Source of the DNA: Rhodospirillales bacterium
Lineage (GTDB): Bacteria > Pseudomonadota > Alphaproteobacteria > Rhodospirillales > UBA2165
Length of the DNA: 64,000 bases
Assembly (NCBI GenBank): GCA_965207535.1
Contig: CBDBMR010000010.1
Coordinates: 65,400-129,399, forward strand
Direction: 5' to 3'
A program made the translations under genes and the position numbers. Under the pieces are notes generated by a model that had not been told where the DNA came from, ran no database searches, and saw nothing but the letters and a program-made list of their open reading frames with translations. How positions within the stretch are numbered: the first letter of the stretch is position 1; each line of letters begins with the position of its first letter. Shown here one piece after another: positions 45,671 through 58,611 of the stretch.

Positions 45671-46006
45671 ATGTCACGTTCAACCTCCACATTGATTGGG
45701 GCGTTGGCCGCCTTTTCCCTTTTGGCCGGGGCAGGCGGCGCGGCTCTCGCCGAACCTCTGGATCAGTCCGAAAACTCCGTCGTCGACTGCATCGCCTATC
45801 AGGCGCAGCGGGTGGGGGGCGCGCTGGTGATCGAAGAAACCACCGCGGTCGAGGCGTGCGAGGCGGCCATCCGGGAGCTCGCGGGACAGCTTGCCGGCGA
45901 TGGCCTGCCGCCGAGCGCGGCCCATGACCGGGCCGAGGACTTCGCCCGGGAGGCCTACCGGGCGTATGAGCGCAACCTGCCGCCCTGTCCGCTGCCGTCG
46001 GTTTGA
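45671..46006 (+). CDS. small secreted hypothetical protein (4 Cys)
   Basis: SD AGGAGG lies upstream. It has the signal peptide MSRSTSTLIGALAAFSLLAGAGGAALA. I recognised no family. Confidence 0.5.
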   Translation: MSRSTSTLIGALAAFSLLAGAGGAALAEPLDQSENSVVDCIAYQAQRVGGALVIEETTAVEACEAAIRELAGQLAGDGLPPSAAHDRAEDFAREAYRAYERNLPPCPLPSV

Positions 46007-46205
46007 GGCGGGCCGCCGATCAGGCCCGGAACTGCCTGCCCGGTGGAACGGGGCCTAGAGCGCGGATTTGAGCGGCCGCTTGGTCCGGGTATTCCGGAAT
46101 AGTGAAGGCGCCCGCACGAAAAGAATGTAATGATCCGACAAACTGGTCCGCGCATCGCCTCCATGATATTGGAACTGACGCCCATGCTTCCTGAGAGATA
46201 CAGAA

Positions 46206-48539
46206 ATGAGTGAACAGCCCCTCGGCAGTCCGGACGATGCGTCTGCCGCGCCGTCGGCGGGATTTGCGTCGACGGTCATCCGCAATCCCATCGATCCCCA
46301 GCACTTGGGTTCCGCCGCCCTGACGCCGGCGGGCGAGTTTGCCGCCGGGTCCTACCAGAGCTTCACGCTGGTCTACACGGTGGGAAAATACGGCATCGAC
46401 GACTCGGGCTCGCTCCGCGTCTGCTTCCGGTTTGCGTCCGATCAGACGCGGCCTCAGTTTGAAAACCCGGAAGGTCCCAACTACACGATCATCGAAGCAT
46501 CGAACAATGCGGTGCTGGAGTACCGCTATGACCCCAAGGGCAATGTCCGGCCGTGGGACCGAACGCTCTACATCAAGGTCGTGCATGGGTTTCTGAAGGA
46601 GGGCGATACGATTTCCGTGCGGTTCGGGGTGACAGATCACGGCTCTCCCGGCATGCGCCTTCAGACGTTCTGCGAGGACTCGTTCGAGTTCCACGTTCTG
46701 GTCGATCCCATCGCCACCTTCACCTATCAGCCGCTCCTCGAGCAGCCGAAGATCAAGATCGTTCCCGGCGAACGGGAGCGGTTCCTGGCGGTGATCCCCA
46801 CCCTCCGGAGAGTTGGGGAAACATTCGCGCTGAAGTTCAAGGGCGAGGACCGGTGGGGCAATCCGTCGGACAAGGGCGGCGGCGCGTTCACCCTGCGCGC
46901 CAATGTTCCGGTGTCTGGATTGCCGGAAACGGCCAGCCTTCCTGCCGGCTCGTTCGGCGCCGAAATCCCGGGTCTGTCCGTGACGGAAGCCGGAGATCTC
47001 GTGATCGAGCTGCTGGACGAGGCCGGAAACACGGTCACCGAGACCAACCCCCTTCGGATCGTCGAAGACGCCGACAAGGTCCACTACTGGGCCGACCTTC
47101 ACGGCCAGTCGGAAGAGACCATCGGCACCGGCGATGCCGGCGACTATTTCGCCTTCGCCCGGGACCGGGCCTTTGTCGACGCGACGGGGCACCAGGGCAA
47201 TGATTTCCAGATCACCAACCGGTTTTGGCAGCGGTTGGACGACCTCTCGGCCCGGTTCGAGGAAGACGGAAAGTTCGTCGTCCTCCCGGGCTACGAATGG
47301 TCGGGCAATACCGGTCTCGGCGGGGACCGCAACGTCTACTTCTCCGAGGAGGGACGCCAGATCAGGCGGTCGTCCCACGCGCTGGTCGAGGACCGGTCCG
47401 ACATCGCGACGGACTGCACCACCGCCGCGGAGCTGTTCGAGACCCTGGCCGCCAATCGGGAATGGGACGTGGTGGTCTTTGCCCACTGCGGCGGCCGGTA
47501 CGCCGATGTGAAGATGGCCCATGACGGCCGCTTTGAAAAATCCATGGAGGTCCATTCCTCGTGGGGCACCTTCGAGTGGCTTCTCCAAGACGCGCTGGAG
47601 ATGGGCTACCGGACCGGGATCGTCGCCAACTCCGACGGCCACAAGGGCCGTCCCGGGGCCAGTTACCCGGGCGCCTCGCTGTTCGGCGCCATCGGCGGGC
47701 TTACCTGTCTCATTACCGGCGAACTGACCCGGTCGTCGGTTCTCGATTGCCTGCGCAAACGTCACCACTACGCAACGACCGGCGGGCCCAACGGCCGGGT
47801 GTATATGGACGTCGCGGCGGCGTTCAGCCGGGACGCGACGATCTATCACGACGATCCGGCGATCGGCCCCGCCGAGGGCCGGCCGGGACGCTCCGCGATC
47901 ATGGGCGACGTCGTGCATCTGCCGGACGGCAGCGCCGAGATCAGCGTCGATATTCACGCCGCTTGCCCCATCGAACGGGTAGACATCTTCAACGGGCTGG
48001 ACCATGTGGAGACCATCCGGCCCTATGGTTCGGACGAGCTCGGCAATCGCGTACGCGTTCTGTGGGAGGGCGCCGAATATCGCGGCCGGTTCCGTCAGGT
48101 GATCTGGGACGGCAGCGCCTTGCTCTCGGACAATCGCATCGAGGACGCCGCTCCGATCAATTTCTTCAACCCGGACAAGACCCTGGATCGTCTCGGCGAC
48201 AACGGCCTCGAATGGAAGGCCCTGACCACCGGGAACATCGGCGGCTTTGACGTCTGGCTGGCCGATCCCTACGGCGGCACCCTCAAACTGGAAACCCCGC
48301 TCGTACAGTGCGGCATTCCCGTCGAGGAGATCGGATACGAGGACGAGATATTTGACCGGAGCGGCGTGTTGCCCCGCTATTTGAAGGTGTACCGCCTGCC
48401 GGCCAAGAACCCGCACCGCCGGATGACCTTCAAACGAACCATCGGCCTCAAGGACGACGGTGACAATCCGGTCTACATCAGGCTGACCCAGGAAGACGGA
48501 ACGCTGGCCTGGACGAGCCCGATTTACATCTATCGCTAG
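46206..48539 (+). CDS. large hypothetical protein, possible PHP-like/DUF3604-type metallo-hydrolase
   Basis: A 777-aa uninterrupted ORF with good coding character. Motifs YWADLHGQS, GYEWSGN, VFAHCGG, EVHSSWG, NSDGHKG and HHYATTG suggest a His/Asp metal site. An N-terminal region of about 290 aa belongs to no family I recognise. Confidence 0.5.
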   Translation: MSEQPLGSPDDASAAPSAGFASTVIRNPIDPQHLGSAALTPAGEFAAGSYQSFTLVYTVGKYGIDDSGSLRVCFRFASDQTRPQFENPEGPNYTIIEASNNAVLEYRYDPKGNVRPWDRTLYIKVVHGFLKEGDTISVRFGVTDHGSPGMRLQTFCEDSFEFHVLVDPIATFTYQPLLEQPKIKIVPGERERFLAVIPTLRRVGETFALKFKGEDRWGNPSDKGGGAFTLRANVPVSGLPETASLPAGSFGAEIPGLSVTEAGDLVIELLDEAGNTVTETNPLRIVEDADKVHYWADLHGQSEETIGTGDAGDYFAFARDRAFVDATGHQGNDFQITNRFWQRLDDLSARFEEDGKFVVLPGYEWSGNTGLGGDRNVYFSEEGRQIRRSSHALVEDRSDIATDCTTAAELFETLAANREWDVVVFAHCGGRYADVKMAHDGRFEKSMEVHSSWGTFEWLLQDALEMGYRTGIVANSDGHKGRPGASYPGASLFGAIGGLTCLITGELTRSSVLDCLRKRHHYATTGGPNGRVYMDVAAAFSRDATIYHDDPAIGPAEGRPGRSAIMGDVVHLPDGSAEISVDIHAACPIERVDIFNGLDHVETIRPYGSDELGNRVRVLWEGAEYRGRFRQVIWDGSALLSDNRIEDAAPINFFNPDKTLDRLGDNGLEWKALTTGNIGGFDVWLADPYGGTLKLETPLVQCGIPVEEIGYEDEIFDRSGVLPRYLKVYRLPAKNPHRRMTFKRTIGLKDDGDNPVYIRLTQEDGTLAWTSPIYIYR

Positions 48540-48893
48540 GACCGCCGGCCGACGGAGCGCCATGCCATGGAGCCGTTGGCTTCGAGTCTGATCGAGGAAT
48601 TTGATCTCACTTCGGCGCGGGATCACTTGGCCGTTGCCATATTCGGCGACCGCGTTTCCTTGACCGTCGGCGTAGCTGTCGCGGGCGCGACGGAATCCCG
48701 GCCGGATTTGGAGAACTTGGACCCATGAGCATTACGTCGGAGGAAAAGCCGGTTCTACGTCGTTACGGACCAACCAGCAGGGAAAGCAGCCGGTCCATCT
48801 CATTGGCGGACATTGAAGGCAAGGTATCTAACGGGCGTCCGAGGCGGAAAATCCGATCCTTGTGACAGTCTGATTGGCCGGACCGGCTCAATT

Positions 48894-49934
48894 CTAGGCA
48901 TTGCGGGGCGGAGCGCTTGTGCCTCGGACTATAAGATTAGCCTCCAGTTCGGTGAAGGTCGGACCGGATTCTTCGTTGACGCAGGCCAAGAGATAATCAG
49001 CCGCACGCTGCCCCATTTCTTCTGAAGGCACGTGCATCGTGGTGAGCGGTGGATGGAAATGTGCAGACAGCGGCAAATCGTCAAATCCGGCAATCGAAAT
49101 GTCATCGGGTACAATCCGGCCGCTGGCCTGGCATTCCAGAATTGCGCCGTAGGCCAAGACGTCGTTGCCGCAGATCACCGCGGTCGGCGGCTCGTTCTGG
49201 GCGAGTAGCCGTTTCATCGCCTGACGGCTGACCCCGATTTCGTAGGGACATTCGATCACCATACCGTCTGGAACACTCAAGCCGCGGTCCGACAGGGTCT
49301 TCCGAATGCCCCGCAGACGATCGGCGGCCCGGTCGTTGCCTTCGGTCACACCGGCGATGATCCCAAACCGATGATGCCCAATATCGAGTAAGTAGGTGGT
49401 CAAACGGACCATCGCATCGAAGTTGTCAAACCCGATACAGGGCTCTTTCGAATCGCGCCTAAACGACCAGGTGTTGATGTACGGCAATCTTTTTTGTCTC
49501 AACCGCTTGTAGAGTTGATCGTGATGGTCATATCCGACGAGCATGATGCCGTCCACGCCACGGGTCAGCAGCGCCTCGGCCTCCGTCCGCTCCTCGTCGT
49601 GCGAATAATTCGAGCTGGCCACGAGCAGGGTATAGCCGGCGTCCTTCAGTCTTTCCTGGAAGGCCTGAATACCGGTGGCGAAGATCGCGCTGTCCAATGT
49701 CGGTACAATTGCCCCCATGGTCCGCGACCGCTGGGAAGCCAGCGCGCGCGCGGCTCCATGCGGGATGTAGTTCAGTTCGGTGATCGCCGATTCAATTCGC
49801 TGCCGGCGTTCTTCCCGAACCTGATCCGGGTTCGCCAGATAACGGGAGACGGTCGCCGTCGACACGCCGGCGGCTGCCGCCACATTCTGCAATGTCGGCG
49901 CCCCATTGGCCTCTTTATGTAATCGCTTACGCAT
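48894..49934 (-). CDS. LacI-family transcriptional regulator
   Basis: HTH TLQNVAAAAGVSTATVSRYL plus a periplasmic-binding-protein-like effector domain. It is divergent from the TRAP/hps-like operon. Confidence 0.9.
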   Translation of the reverse strand: MRKRLHKEANGAPTLQNVAAAAGVSTATVSRYLANPDQVREERRQRIESAITELNYIPHGAARALASQRSRTMGAIVPTLDSAIFATGIQAFQERLKDAGYTLLVASSNYSHDEERTEAEALLTRGVDGIMLVGYDHHDQLYKRLRQKRLPYINTWSFRRDSKEPCIGFDNFDAMVRLTTYLLDIGHHRFGIIAGVTEGNDRAADRLRGIRKTLSDRGLSVPDGMVIECPYEIGVSRQAMKRLLAQNEPPTAVICGNDVLAYGAILECQASGRIVPDDISIAGFDDLPLSAHFHPPLTTMHVPSEEMGQRAADYLLACVNEESGPTFTELEANLIVRGTSAPPRNA

Positions 49935-50101
49935 CAATTTACGCTATGGATGACCTACGATCTCAAAACTTGCCGGCGACCCAAGGTAGAAAAAATAGTC
50001 AAAACTGAATTCTGAATTGGCCGTTGGTTTAGAAACCTCGATTGCTCACTCGATAATTCCCTTGACGCCTATCTTAAACAGGTTCATAAACATAATACCA
50101 G

Positions 50102-50119
50102 AATGTAAGCGCTTACATT
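50102..50119. promoter_or_regulatory. probable LacI-family operator (perfect 18-bp palindrome)
   Basis: AATGTAAGCGCTTACATT is its own reverse complement and has the central CG typical of LacI/GalR operators. It lies in the AT-rich divergent promoter region between the LacI gene and the TRAP operon. Confidence 0.6.
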
Positions 50120-50183
50120 TTATCGTGATTAAATCAATCGCCAAAAACAACTTCAGTGATCCAGCTGGGCAGGGAGGCATGAA

Positions 50184-50444
50184 ATGTCCGATGCAGAATC
50201 CAAAGACTCGGCCAAAAAGCCGAAACCGGGACGCTATCTACTTTATTCGTCGATAGCGGTATTCGCTGTTTTGGCCGTGAATATTGTAGTCGGGAAAATT
50301 GCTGTCCTGAACGGGGCGACCGAGACGGTCGGCCTTGGCGATGTCGGAGAGTTCATCACCCTCTTCATAGCCATGGTTCTGTTCATCGCCGCCTGCCTGG
50401 CACGCGAACGTCACTCAGAAAATCAATCACATCCATCCAGCTAG
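50184..50444 (+). CDS. small two-TM membrane protein of unknown function, first gene of the TRAP operon
   Basis: SD AGGGAGG lies 6 nt upstream. It has two hydrophobic helices (LLYSSIAVFAVLAVNIVVG and FITLFIAMVLFIAACLA). Confidence 0.5.
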   Translation: MSDAESKDSAKKPKPGRYLLYSSIAVFAVLAVNIVVGKIAVLNGATETVGLGDVGEFITLFIAMVLFIAACLARERHSENQSHPSS

Positions 50445-50460
50445 AAATACGGAGGTTAGC

Positions 50461-51618
50461 ATGACTACAAAAAAACATAATACGGACGAGCCCGTCTCCA
50501 TGGAGCGTCGCCGCTTTCTCGAGTTGTCGGCCAAATACGGTTTCACCGCGGCCGTCGTCGCAGGGGCGTCCGGAGCGCTCTTGAGTTCAGAAGCCGCCGC
50601 GCAAACCGCGAAGGAGGAGCGTGACAGGCGAAAGGCCGCCAAGCACACCATGACGGTCGCGACCGCGTACGTCCTAGGTGCTTCGCGGAGCTACCCGATC
50701 ATGCAATTGGACTTCAAAGAGAACATCCAGAACGCCACGAACGGCAAGGTTTACGTCAAGCTCGCACCGGCTGGCCAGTTAGGCGCGGGTGGCGCATTGG
50801 CGCAGAAGGTTCAGAACGGAACCATTCAAGCTGCCCAGCATTCGCTGTCCAACTTCGCACCCTTTGCGCCGGTGGTTGACCTCATCAACCTGCCATATTT
50901 CTGTGGAGCCAATCAGAAATTCGTTAATCTCGTGAACTCGGATGCATGGCGCTCTGCCGTCGATCCGAAGGTCGAAGCCAAGGGCTTCAAACCGCTCTGG
51001 TATGTGGTCATCGACCCGCGGGTTGTCGCAATGCGAAAGGGCGGCAAGGGTCCGATCAAGACTCCCTCCGACCTGTCCGGCGTCAAATTCCGGGTCCCTG
51101 GCTCGAAGATGCTGCAGCAATATTATCGGATGATCGGGGCCAACCCAACGCCGGTGGCATGGGGCGAAACGCCTTCCGCGATCAAACAAGGTGTCGCCGA
51201 CGCTCTCGACCCCGCAGTTGGCGCTCTGCACGTGTTCGGATTCAAGGATATCCTGTCATGGGTGACGTTCTCCCAAGCGGTGCCCGATAGCCAGGTGTAT
51301 TCCTGCAATCTCGAATGGTTCAAGGCTCTGCCTTCCGACGTTCAGGCCGGTATCGAGTTCGCCTCTGAAATCTCCGCTCAGCAGAATCTTGCCAAGGTCC
51401 CGGCAGCGCGCAACTACGCGATGGCGGAAATGCGCAAAGCCGGCGTTCAGTTCTACTCGCCGAGCAAGAGCGAGCTTGGTGAATGGGCGAAAGCTGGCGG
51501 ATATCAGCGCGGGGAATGGGACGGCTTCAAGAAGGATCTGGCAGGTTCCATGGACGCGTTCGGCAAACTTGAGCAAGCGGCCAACACGACCGGCCGTCTG
51601 TACGTGCACGACGCTTAG
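50461..51618 (+). CDS. hpsK: TRAP transporter substrate-binding protein, DctP family (putative DHPS receptor HpsK)
   Basis: SD GGAGG lies upstream. It has a Tat-type signal (MERRRFLELSAKYGFTAAVVAG) and a DctP-family body. The symbol is assigned by gene order only. Confidence 0.6.
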   Translation: MTTKKHNTDEPVSMERRRFLELSAKYGFTAAVVAGASGALLSSEAAAQTAKEERDRRKAAKHTMTVATAYVLGASRSYPIMQLDFKENIQNATNGKVYVKLAPAGQLGAGGALAQKVQNGTIQAAQHSLSNFAPFAPVVDLINLPYFCGANQKFVNLVNSDAWRSAVDPKVEAKGFKPLWYVVIDPRVVAMRKGGKGPIKTPSDLSGVKFRVPGSKMLQQYYRMIGANPTPVAWGETPSAIKQGVADALDPAVGALHVFGFKDILSWVTFSQAVPDSQVYSCNLEWFKALPSDVQAGIEFASEISAQQNLAKVPAARNYAMAEMRKAGVQFYSPSKSELGEWAKAGGYQRGEWDGFKKDLAGSMDAFGKLEQAANTTGRLYVHDA

Positions 51619-51633
51619 GCCCAATAAATTTCC

Positions 51634-51670
51634 AAGACCGTGGGGATGGAGTTTCCGTCCCCGCGGTCTT
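51634..51670 (+). terminator. intercistronic hairpin after the TRAP receptor gene (attenuator/mRNA stabiliser)
   Basis: AAGACCGTGGGGA...TCCCCGCGGTCTT forms a 13-bp stem with one G-U pair, followed by CTTCTTC. This is a typical receptor/permease stoichiometry hairpin. Confidence 0.4.
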
Positions 51671-51744
51671 CTTCAGAATAGAATCAGGCGTCACGTCACA
51701 GCCGTGGCGCCGGCATCTGAACTGCGACTCGCGGGGAGGAAGAC

Positions 51745-52269
51745 ATGGACGAAGCTAAACCATTCTGGAAGCAATTGGACGAAAACGCCGAACGGTGGAT
51801 GTTGCTCGGCTTTTACGCGATGATCGTCGCAACGATCGTAATTGAGGTCGTCCGGCGGTTCGTCCTCTCCTACTCTTCGATTTGGGGGGAGGAAATCGCC
51901 CGCTACGCCTTCATCTATCTGGCTTGGGTGGGTGCATCCGCGGCTGTTCGGGATCGAGCCCATATCCGTATCGACGTCCTCCTCAACTACCTGTCGACCC
52001 GCGGCAAGGCCCTCATCTATCTATTTGGCGATTTCTGCATGCTGGCCTTGGCGATACTCGCCCTGTTCACGGCCCTCGAGTCCATGCAGGTCTCCCTGAA
52101 ATACGACTCGGTCACGCACGGTCTTCGGATAAGCCTCGCGTGGTTTTTGGCCGCCGTGCCGCTTGGCTTCACCCTTATGACGTACCGTTTGGTGCAATCG
52201 ATATGGCGCGACGTCGGCGATTTCCGCCGCGGTCAACCCGTATTCGAAGGCACCAAGATGTTCGATTAG
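51745..52269 (+). CDS. hpsL: TRAP transporter small permease, DctQ family (putative HpsL)
   Basis: 174 aa, 4 TM helices, SD GGGGAGGAAG. Confidence 0.6.
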   Translation: MDEAKPFWKQLDENAERWMLLGFYAMIVATIVIEVVRRFVLSYSSIWGEEIARYAFIYLAWVGASAAVRDRAHIRIDVLLNYLSTRGKALIYLFGDFCMLALAILALFTALESMQVSLKYDSVTHGLRISLAWFLAAVPLGFTLMTYRLVQSIWRDVGDFRRGQPVFEGTKMFD

Positions 52270-52279
52270 GGGGCCGGTC

Positions 52280-54920
<2,641 letters not shown>

Positions 54921-55010
54921 CCTGTAGATTCCGCCTGCAATGGACAGTACAACCGGTCATGTAGGGCAGAGGCCTTACAAAGCAAGCCAGAGGGATGCGC
55001 GAGATTGGTA

Positions 55011-55775
55011 ATGAGAGAGCTTTTTGATTTGACCGGCAATGCCGCTCTCTGCACGGGTGCATCTTCGGGTATCGGGAGACGCATGGCCATCGCCCTGTCT
55101 CAGGCCGGCGCGGACGTCGTTTTGGTGGGCCGCCAAATGGATGAGCTGGAACACACGGCGGAAACAGTTCGCAAACATGGTACCGGTAAGGCGGCAATCG
55201 TCGCCGCCGACTTGCTTGAACGGGAGCGGTTGCCGGAAATCGTCGCCGAAGCCCGATCGAAGTTTGGCGCGCCGACGATTCTAACCAACGCGGCCGGCAT
55301 CAACCTTCGCCAACCGGTGGATGAGGTCTCCTTTCGGACCTGGGACGATACACTCAACCTCAATCTCGGGGTCCCGTTCTTTCTGGCCCGGGAGTGTGTG
55401 CCCGGCATGCTGGAGAAAGGCCGCGGCAAGATCATAAATGTCGCCTCCCTGCAGTCATTCCGGGCGTTCGCCAACTCTATCCCTTACGGCGCGTCAAAGG
55501 GCGGCGTGGTTCAGTTGACCCGGGCGATGGCCGAAGCGTGGTCGAGCCGGGGTATTCTAACCAATGCCATTGCGCCGGGATTTTTCCGGTCGAGGCTGAC
55601 GGCGCCGGTTTGGGACGACCCGGAAATCCTCGAGCACAACGCCAAAATGACGGCCATCGGGCGCAATGGGCTGGATGAGGATATCGACGGTGTGACGGTG
55701 TTTCTGGCGGCGCGGGCGTCCGACTACATCACCGGTCAGGTCATAGGCTTGGATGGCGGATATTCGGCGAAGTAG
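55011..55775 (+). CDS. hpsO: SDR-family oxidoreductase (putative DHPS 2-dehydrogenase HpsO)
   Basis: TGASSGIG motif, NAAG, and catalytic YGASKGGV. Confidence 0.5.
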   Translation: MRELFDLTGNAALCTGASSGIGRRMAIALSQAGADVVLVGRQMDELEHTAETVRKHGTGKAAIVAADLLERERLPEIVAEARSKFGAPTILTNAAGINLRQPVDEVSFRTWDDTLNLNLGVPFFLARECVPGMLEKGRGKIINVASLQSFRAFANSIPYGASKGGVVQLTRAMAEAWSSRGILTNAIAPGFFRSRLTAPVWDDPEILEHNAKMTAIGRNGLDEDIDGVTVFLAARASDYITGQVIGLDGGYSAK

Positions 55776-55785
55776 GGGGAACACC

Positions 55786-56787
55786 ATGAAAGCACTTGTC
55801 TATACCCAACCGTCCGAGGTGATTTACCGCGAAGAGAGCGAACCGGTACCCGGTACCGGTGACGCAATGGTGCGGGTCGGCGCCGTCGGCATCTGCGGTT
55901 CCGATATTCACGCATTCCTGGGACACGATGAACGGCGAATTGCGCCGCTCATCTTGGGCCACGAAGCCTCCGGCACCGTCGTTGGCGGCTCCATGGACGG
56001 AGAGAGAGTTGTCATCAATCCCCTCGTGACTTGCGGCGTGTGTGAAGATTGCCTCTCCGGACGGTCCAACATCTGCGCCAAACGCGAGATCATCTCCATG
56101 GCGCCGCGCCAGGGCGCGTTCGCCGAATTCGTATCGATCCCCGAGCGCAACCTTGTTGTCCTTCCGGCGGAGATGGATTTGTCTCATGCGGCGTTGGCTG
56201 AGCCGATCGCGACTGCGTGGCACGCGGTGGCCAAAGCGGCAGGATTGGCCAGCCGCCCCCTGGCCGAAGCGAAGGCCTTGGTGTTTGGCGGCGGCGCGGT
56301 GGGGTTGTCGGCAGCCTTGTCCCTCCACGCCCAGGGGTGCCCCGAAATATCATTGGCGGAGACGAATGCCGCGCGCCGGGAGACTGCGTCCAAGGCGTCC
56401 ATCTGTACCCCGTTTGATCCGATCAACGAATCCGTGGTCGATGACAATTCAATCGATGTCGTCATCGACTGCGTCGGCGGCAAGGCAACTCGGGCGGGTT
56501 CGTCATCCGCCATTCGGCCCGGCGGCGTCATCGTACATGTGGGGCTGCTGGACCGGACGGAGGGTCTCGATGTCCGCAAACTAACCCTGCAAGAGGTCAT
56601 GTTCTGTGGCTCCTACACCTACACCATGGAAGATTTTAAGGCGGTGGTCTCGGCCATGAGCGCGGGCGAGCTCGGCGATCTCGACTGGTACGAAGAGCGG
56701 GCGCTGTCGGACGGCCCGCATGCCTTCTCCGACTTGGTCGAAGGGCGCACCGCCGCTGCAAAAATTGTACTCAAACCGGAAGAATAA
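55786..56787 (+). CDS. hpsP: zinc-dependent alcohol dehydrogenase, MDR family (putative HpsP)
   Basis: Trimmed to ATG 55786, preceded by GGGGGA. Catalytic-Zn motif GICGSDIH..GHE and structural-Zn cysteines C-x2-C-x2-C-x7-C. Confidence 0.5.
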   Translation: MKALVYTQPSEVIYREESEPVPGTGDAMVRVGAVGICGSDIHAFLGHDERRIAPLILGHEASGTVVGGSMDGERVVINPLVTCGVCEDCLSGRSNICAKREIISMAPRQGAFAEFVSIPERNLVVLPAEMDLSHAALAEPIATAWHAVAKAAGLASRPLAEAKALVFGGGAVGLSAALSLHAQGCPEISLAETNAARRETASKASICTPFDPINESVVDDNSIDVVIDCVGGKATRAGSSSAIRPGGVIVHVGLLDRTEGLDVRKLTLQEVMFCGSYTYTMEDFKAVVSAMSAGELGDLDWYEERALSDGPHAFSDLVEGRTAAAKIVLKPEE

Positions 56788-56843
56788 CCCCGGGTGCGCT
56801 GGGACGCATCCCGATACAAAACCAAAATGAGGAGAAAAAGAAC

Positions 56844-57131
56844 ATGGATCACCCGGATTTTCTCGTCCACGACTCGACCGATACCGTCGGCGTGATCGTG
56901 GTCGAGGGTGTCGAAGCGGGTCAAAAGTTGACCGGCTGGGTCATGGACACCGATGAGACCATCACCGTGGACTCGCTGGACCCGATCCCACTGGGCCACA
57001 AGGTCGCCCTGAGCGACATCGCCGACGGCGATACCATCATCAAGTATGACGCGGACATCGGCAAAGCGATCTCGGACATCGCCAAAGGCGGGCACGTCCA
57101 TGTCCACAACATCAAGACCAAGAGGTGGTAA
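56844..57131 (+). CDS. suyA: UxaA-family N-terminal (SAF) domain protein, small subunit; putative (2R)-sulfolactate sulfo-lyase subunit alpha
   Basis: A 95-aa stand-alone SAF domain (...[18 protein letters not shown]...G.A...I..G.HVH.HN) is followed 1 nt later by the large subunit. The split altronate-dehydratase architecture is that of SuyAB. Confidence 0.55.
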   Translation: MDHPDFLVHDSTDTVGVIVVEGVEAGQKLTGWVMDTDETITVDSLDPIPLGHKVALSDIADGDTIIKYDADIGKAISDIAKGGHVHVHNIKTKRW

Positions 57132-57132
57132 A

Positions 57133-58302
57133 ATGAGTAAACCAAAGTTCTGGGGATACCGCCGGGAGAACGGACGTGTCGGGGTCAGGAATCACGTGAT
57201 CCTGCTGCCCCTCGACGATCTCTCGAACGCCGCGTGCGAAGCCGTCGCCAACAATATCCAGGGAACGATGGCCTTGCCGCACGCCTATGGACGTCTTCAG
57301 TTCGGTGAAGACCTCGAATTGCATTTCCGCACGCTAATCGGTACCGGAAGCAATCCGAACGTTGCAGCGGTGGTGGTGATCGGAATTGAGCCCGGTTGGA
57401 CCAGCCGGGTTGTCGAAGGAATCAAGAAGACCGGCAAACGGGTCGAAGGTTTCGCCATCGAGCAGAACGGCGACATCAACACCATTGCCGCCGCTTCCCG
57501 GGTCGCCAAGGAATATGTTCAATGGGCGAGCGAGCTATCCCGCGAAGAGTGCGACGTCGGCGAACTTTGGATGTCCATGAAATGCGGTGAATCCGATACC
57601 ACGTCCGGGCTTGCCTCAAACCCGACGGTCGGAAACCTGACCGACAAGATGAGCGAATGGGGCGCGAACCTGTGTTTCGGAGAAACCTCGGAACTGACGG
57701 GCGCCGAGCAGGATTGTGCCGCCCGGGGTGCCGACAATACGGCAAGCAGGAAATTCCTCGACACCTGGCAGGCCTATATGGACGAGGTGATCGAACCCCA
57801 CAAGACCTCCGATCTGTCGGACAGTCAGCCGACCAAGGGAAACATCGAAGGCGGGTTGTCGACGATCGAAGAGAAGGCTTTTGGCAACCTCCAGAAAATT
57901 GGCAAGAAGACCAAGTTCATTGATGTCCTCAAGCCGGCTGAAGAGCCCACCAAGGGCTCGGGTCTTTACTTCATGGACACGTCATCGGCCGCCGCCGAGT
58001 GCGTGACCCTGCAGGCGGCCGCGGGGTACGTGGTCCACTTGTTTCCGACCGGTCAAGGCAACATCATCGGCAATCCTATCGAGCCGGTGATCAAGTTGAC
58101 CGCCAATCCGCGGACCGTTCGCACCATGGGTGAGCACGTGGACCTGGACGTCTCGGGCATTCTTCGCCGTGACATGAATCTCGATGAGGCGGGGGACGCC
58201 CTCATCGATATCACCATTCGGACGGCGAACGGGCGGATGACCGCAGCCGAAGCGCTCGGTCACCGGGAGTTCGTCATGACCAAGCTCTATCGGAGCGCCT
58301 AA
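57133..58302 (+). CDS. suyB: UxaA-family hydro-lyase large subunit; putative (2R)-sulfolactate sulfo-lyase subunit beta
   Basis: ATG 57133. 389 aa. The N-terminus [21 protein letters not shown] is typical of the altronate dehydratase C-terminal domain family. Confidence 0.55.
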   Translation: MSKPKFWGYRRENGRVGVRNHVILLPLDDLSNAACEAVANNIQGTMALPHAYGRLQFGEDLELHFRTLIGTGSNPNVAAVVVIGIEPGWTSRVVEGIKKTGKRVEGFAIEQNGDINTIAAASRVAKEYVQWASELSREECDVGELWMSMKCGESDTTSGLASNPTVGNLTDKMSEWGANLCFGETSELTGAEQDCAARGADNTASRKFLDTWQAYMDEVIEPHKTSDLSDSQPTKGNIEGGLSTIEEKAFGNLQKIGKKTKFIDVLKPAEEPTKGSGLYFMDTSSAAAECVTLQAAAGYVVHLFPTGQGNIIGNPIEPVIKLTANPRTVRTMGEHVDLDVSGILRRDMNLDEAGDALIDITIRTANGRMTAAEALGHREFVMTKLYRSA

Positions 58303-58381
58303 ATGACATTAGTGGGTGCCATATACCGTCGTCGAATCTGATTCGATATTGCTGACCCATTTCGAGACTAAGCGTGCATAT

Positions 58382-58405
58382 CGGCGGGTCGAGATCGGCC
58401 CGCCG
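58382..58405 (+). terminator. weak terminator-like hairpin after the suyB-like gene
   Basis: CGGCGGG-tcgagatcgg-CCCGCCG followed by TTTCG. The U-tract is short. Confidence 0.3.
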
Positions 58406-58611
58406 TTTCGCCCTCGGCCGGGAAATAGGTACGTGATGTAAAACCCGGCTTCCCTCCGGTCACGGGGAGAGTCCGGTTTCAAAACGTCGCCCTGCGCGGG
58501 CGGGACCAGCTTCTTCCCGCGTCACGGATTTGTTGACACCAACTATATACAAAATAATCTAACTAAAATTTGCGATTTTTGGGTAAATGGTAAGCAGTAC
58601 TTTCAGAAATA

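Noticed and set aside
48567-48865. Two tiny plus-strand ORFs (53 and 46 aa) that overlap by ATGA, downstream of the 777-aa gene. The layout is reminiscent of a toxin-antitoxin pair.
   Set aside because: I saw no convincing SD and no recognisable family motif, and the sequence is partly antisense-adjacent to the LacI gene 3' end. The evidence is insufficient to call them genes. They are worth a quick tblastn only.
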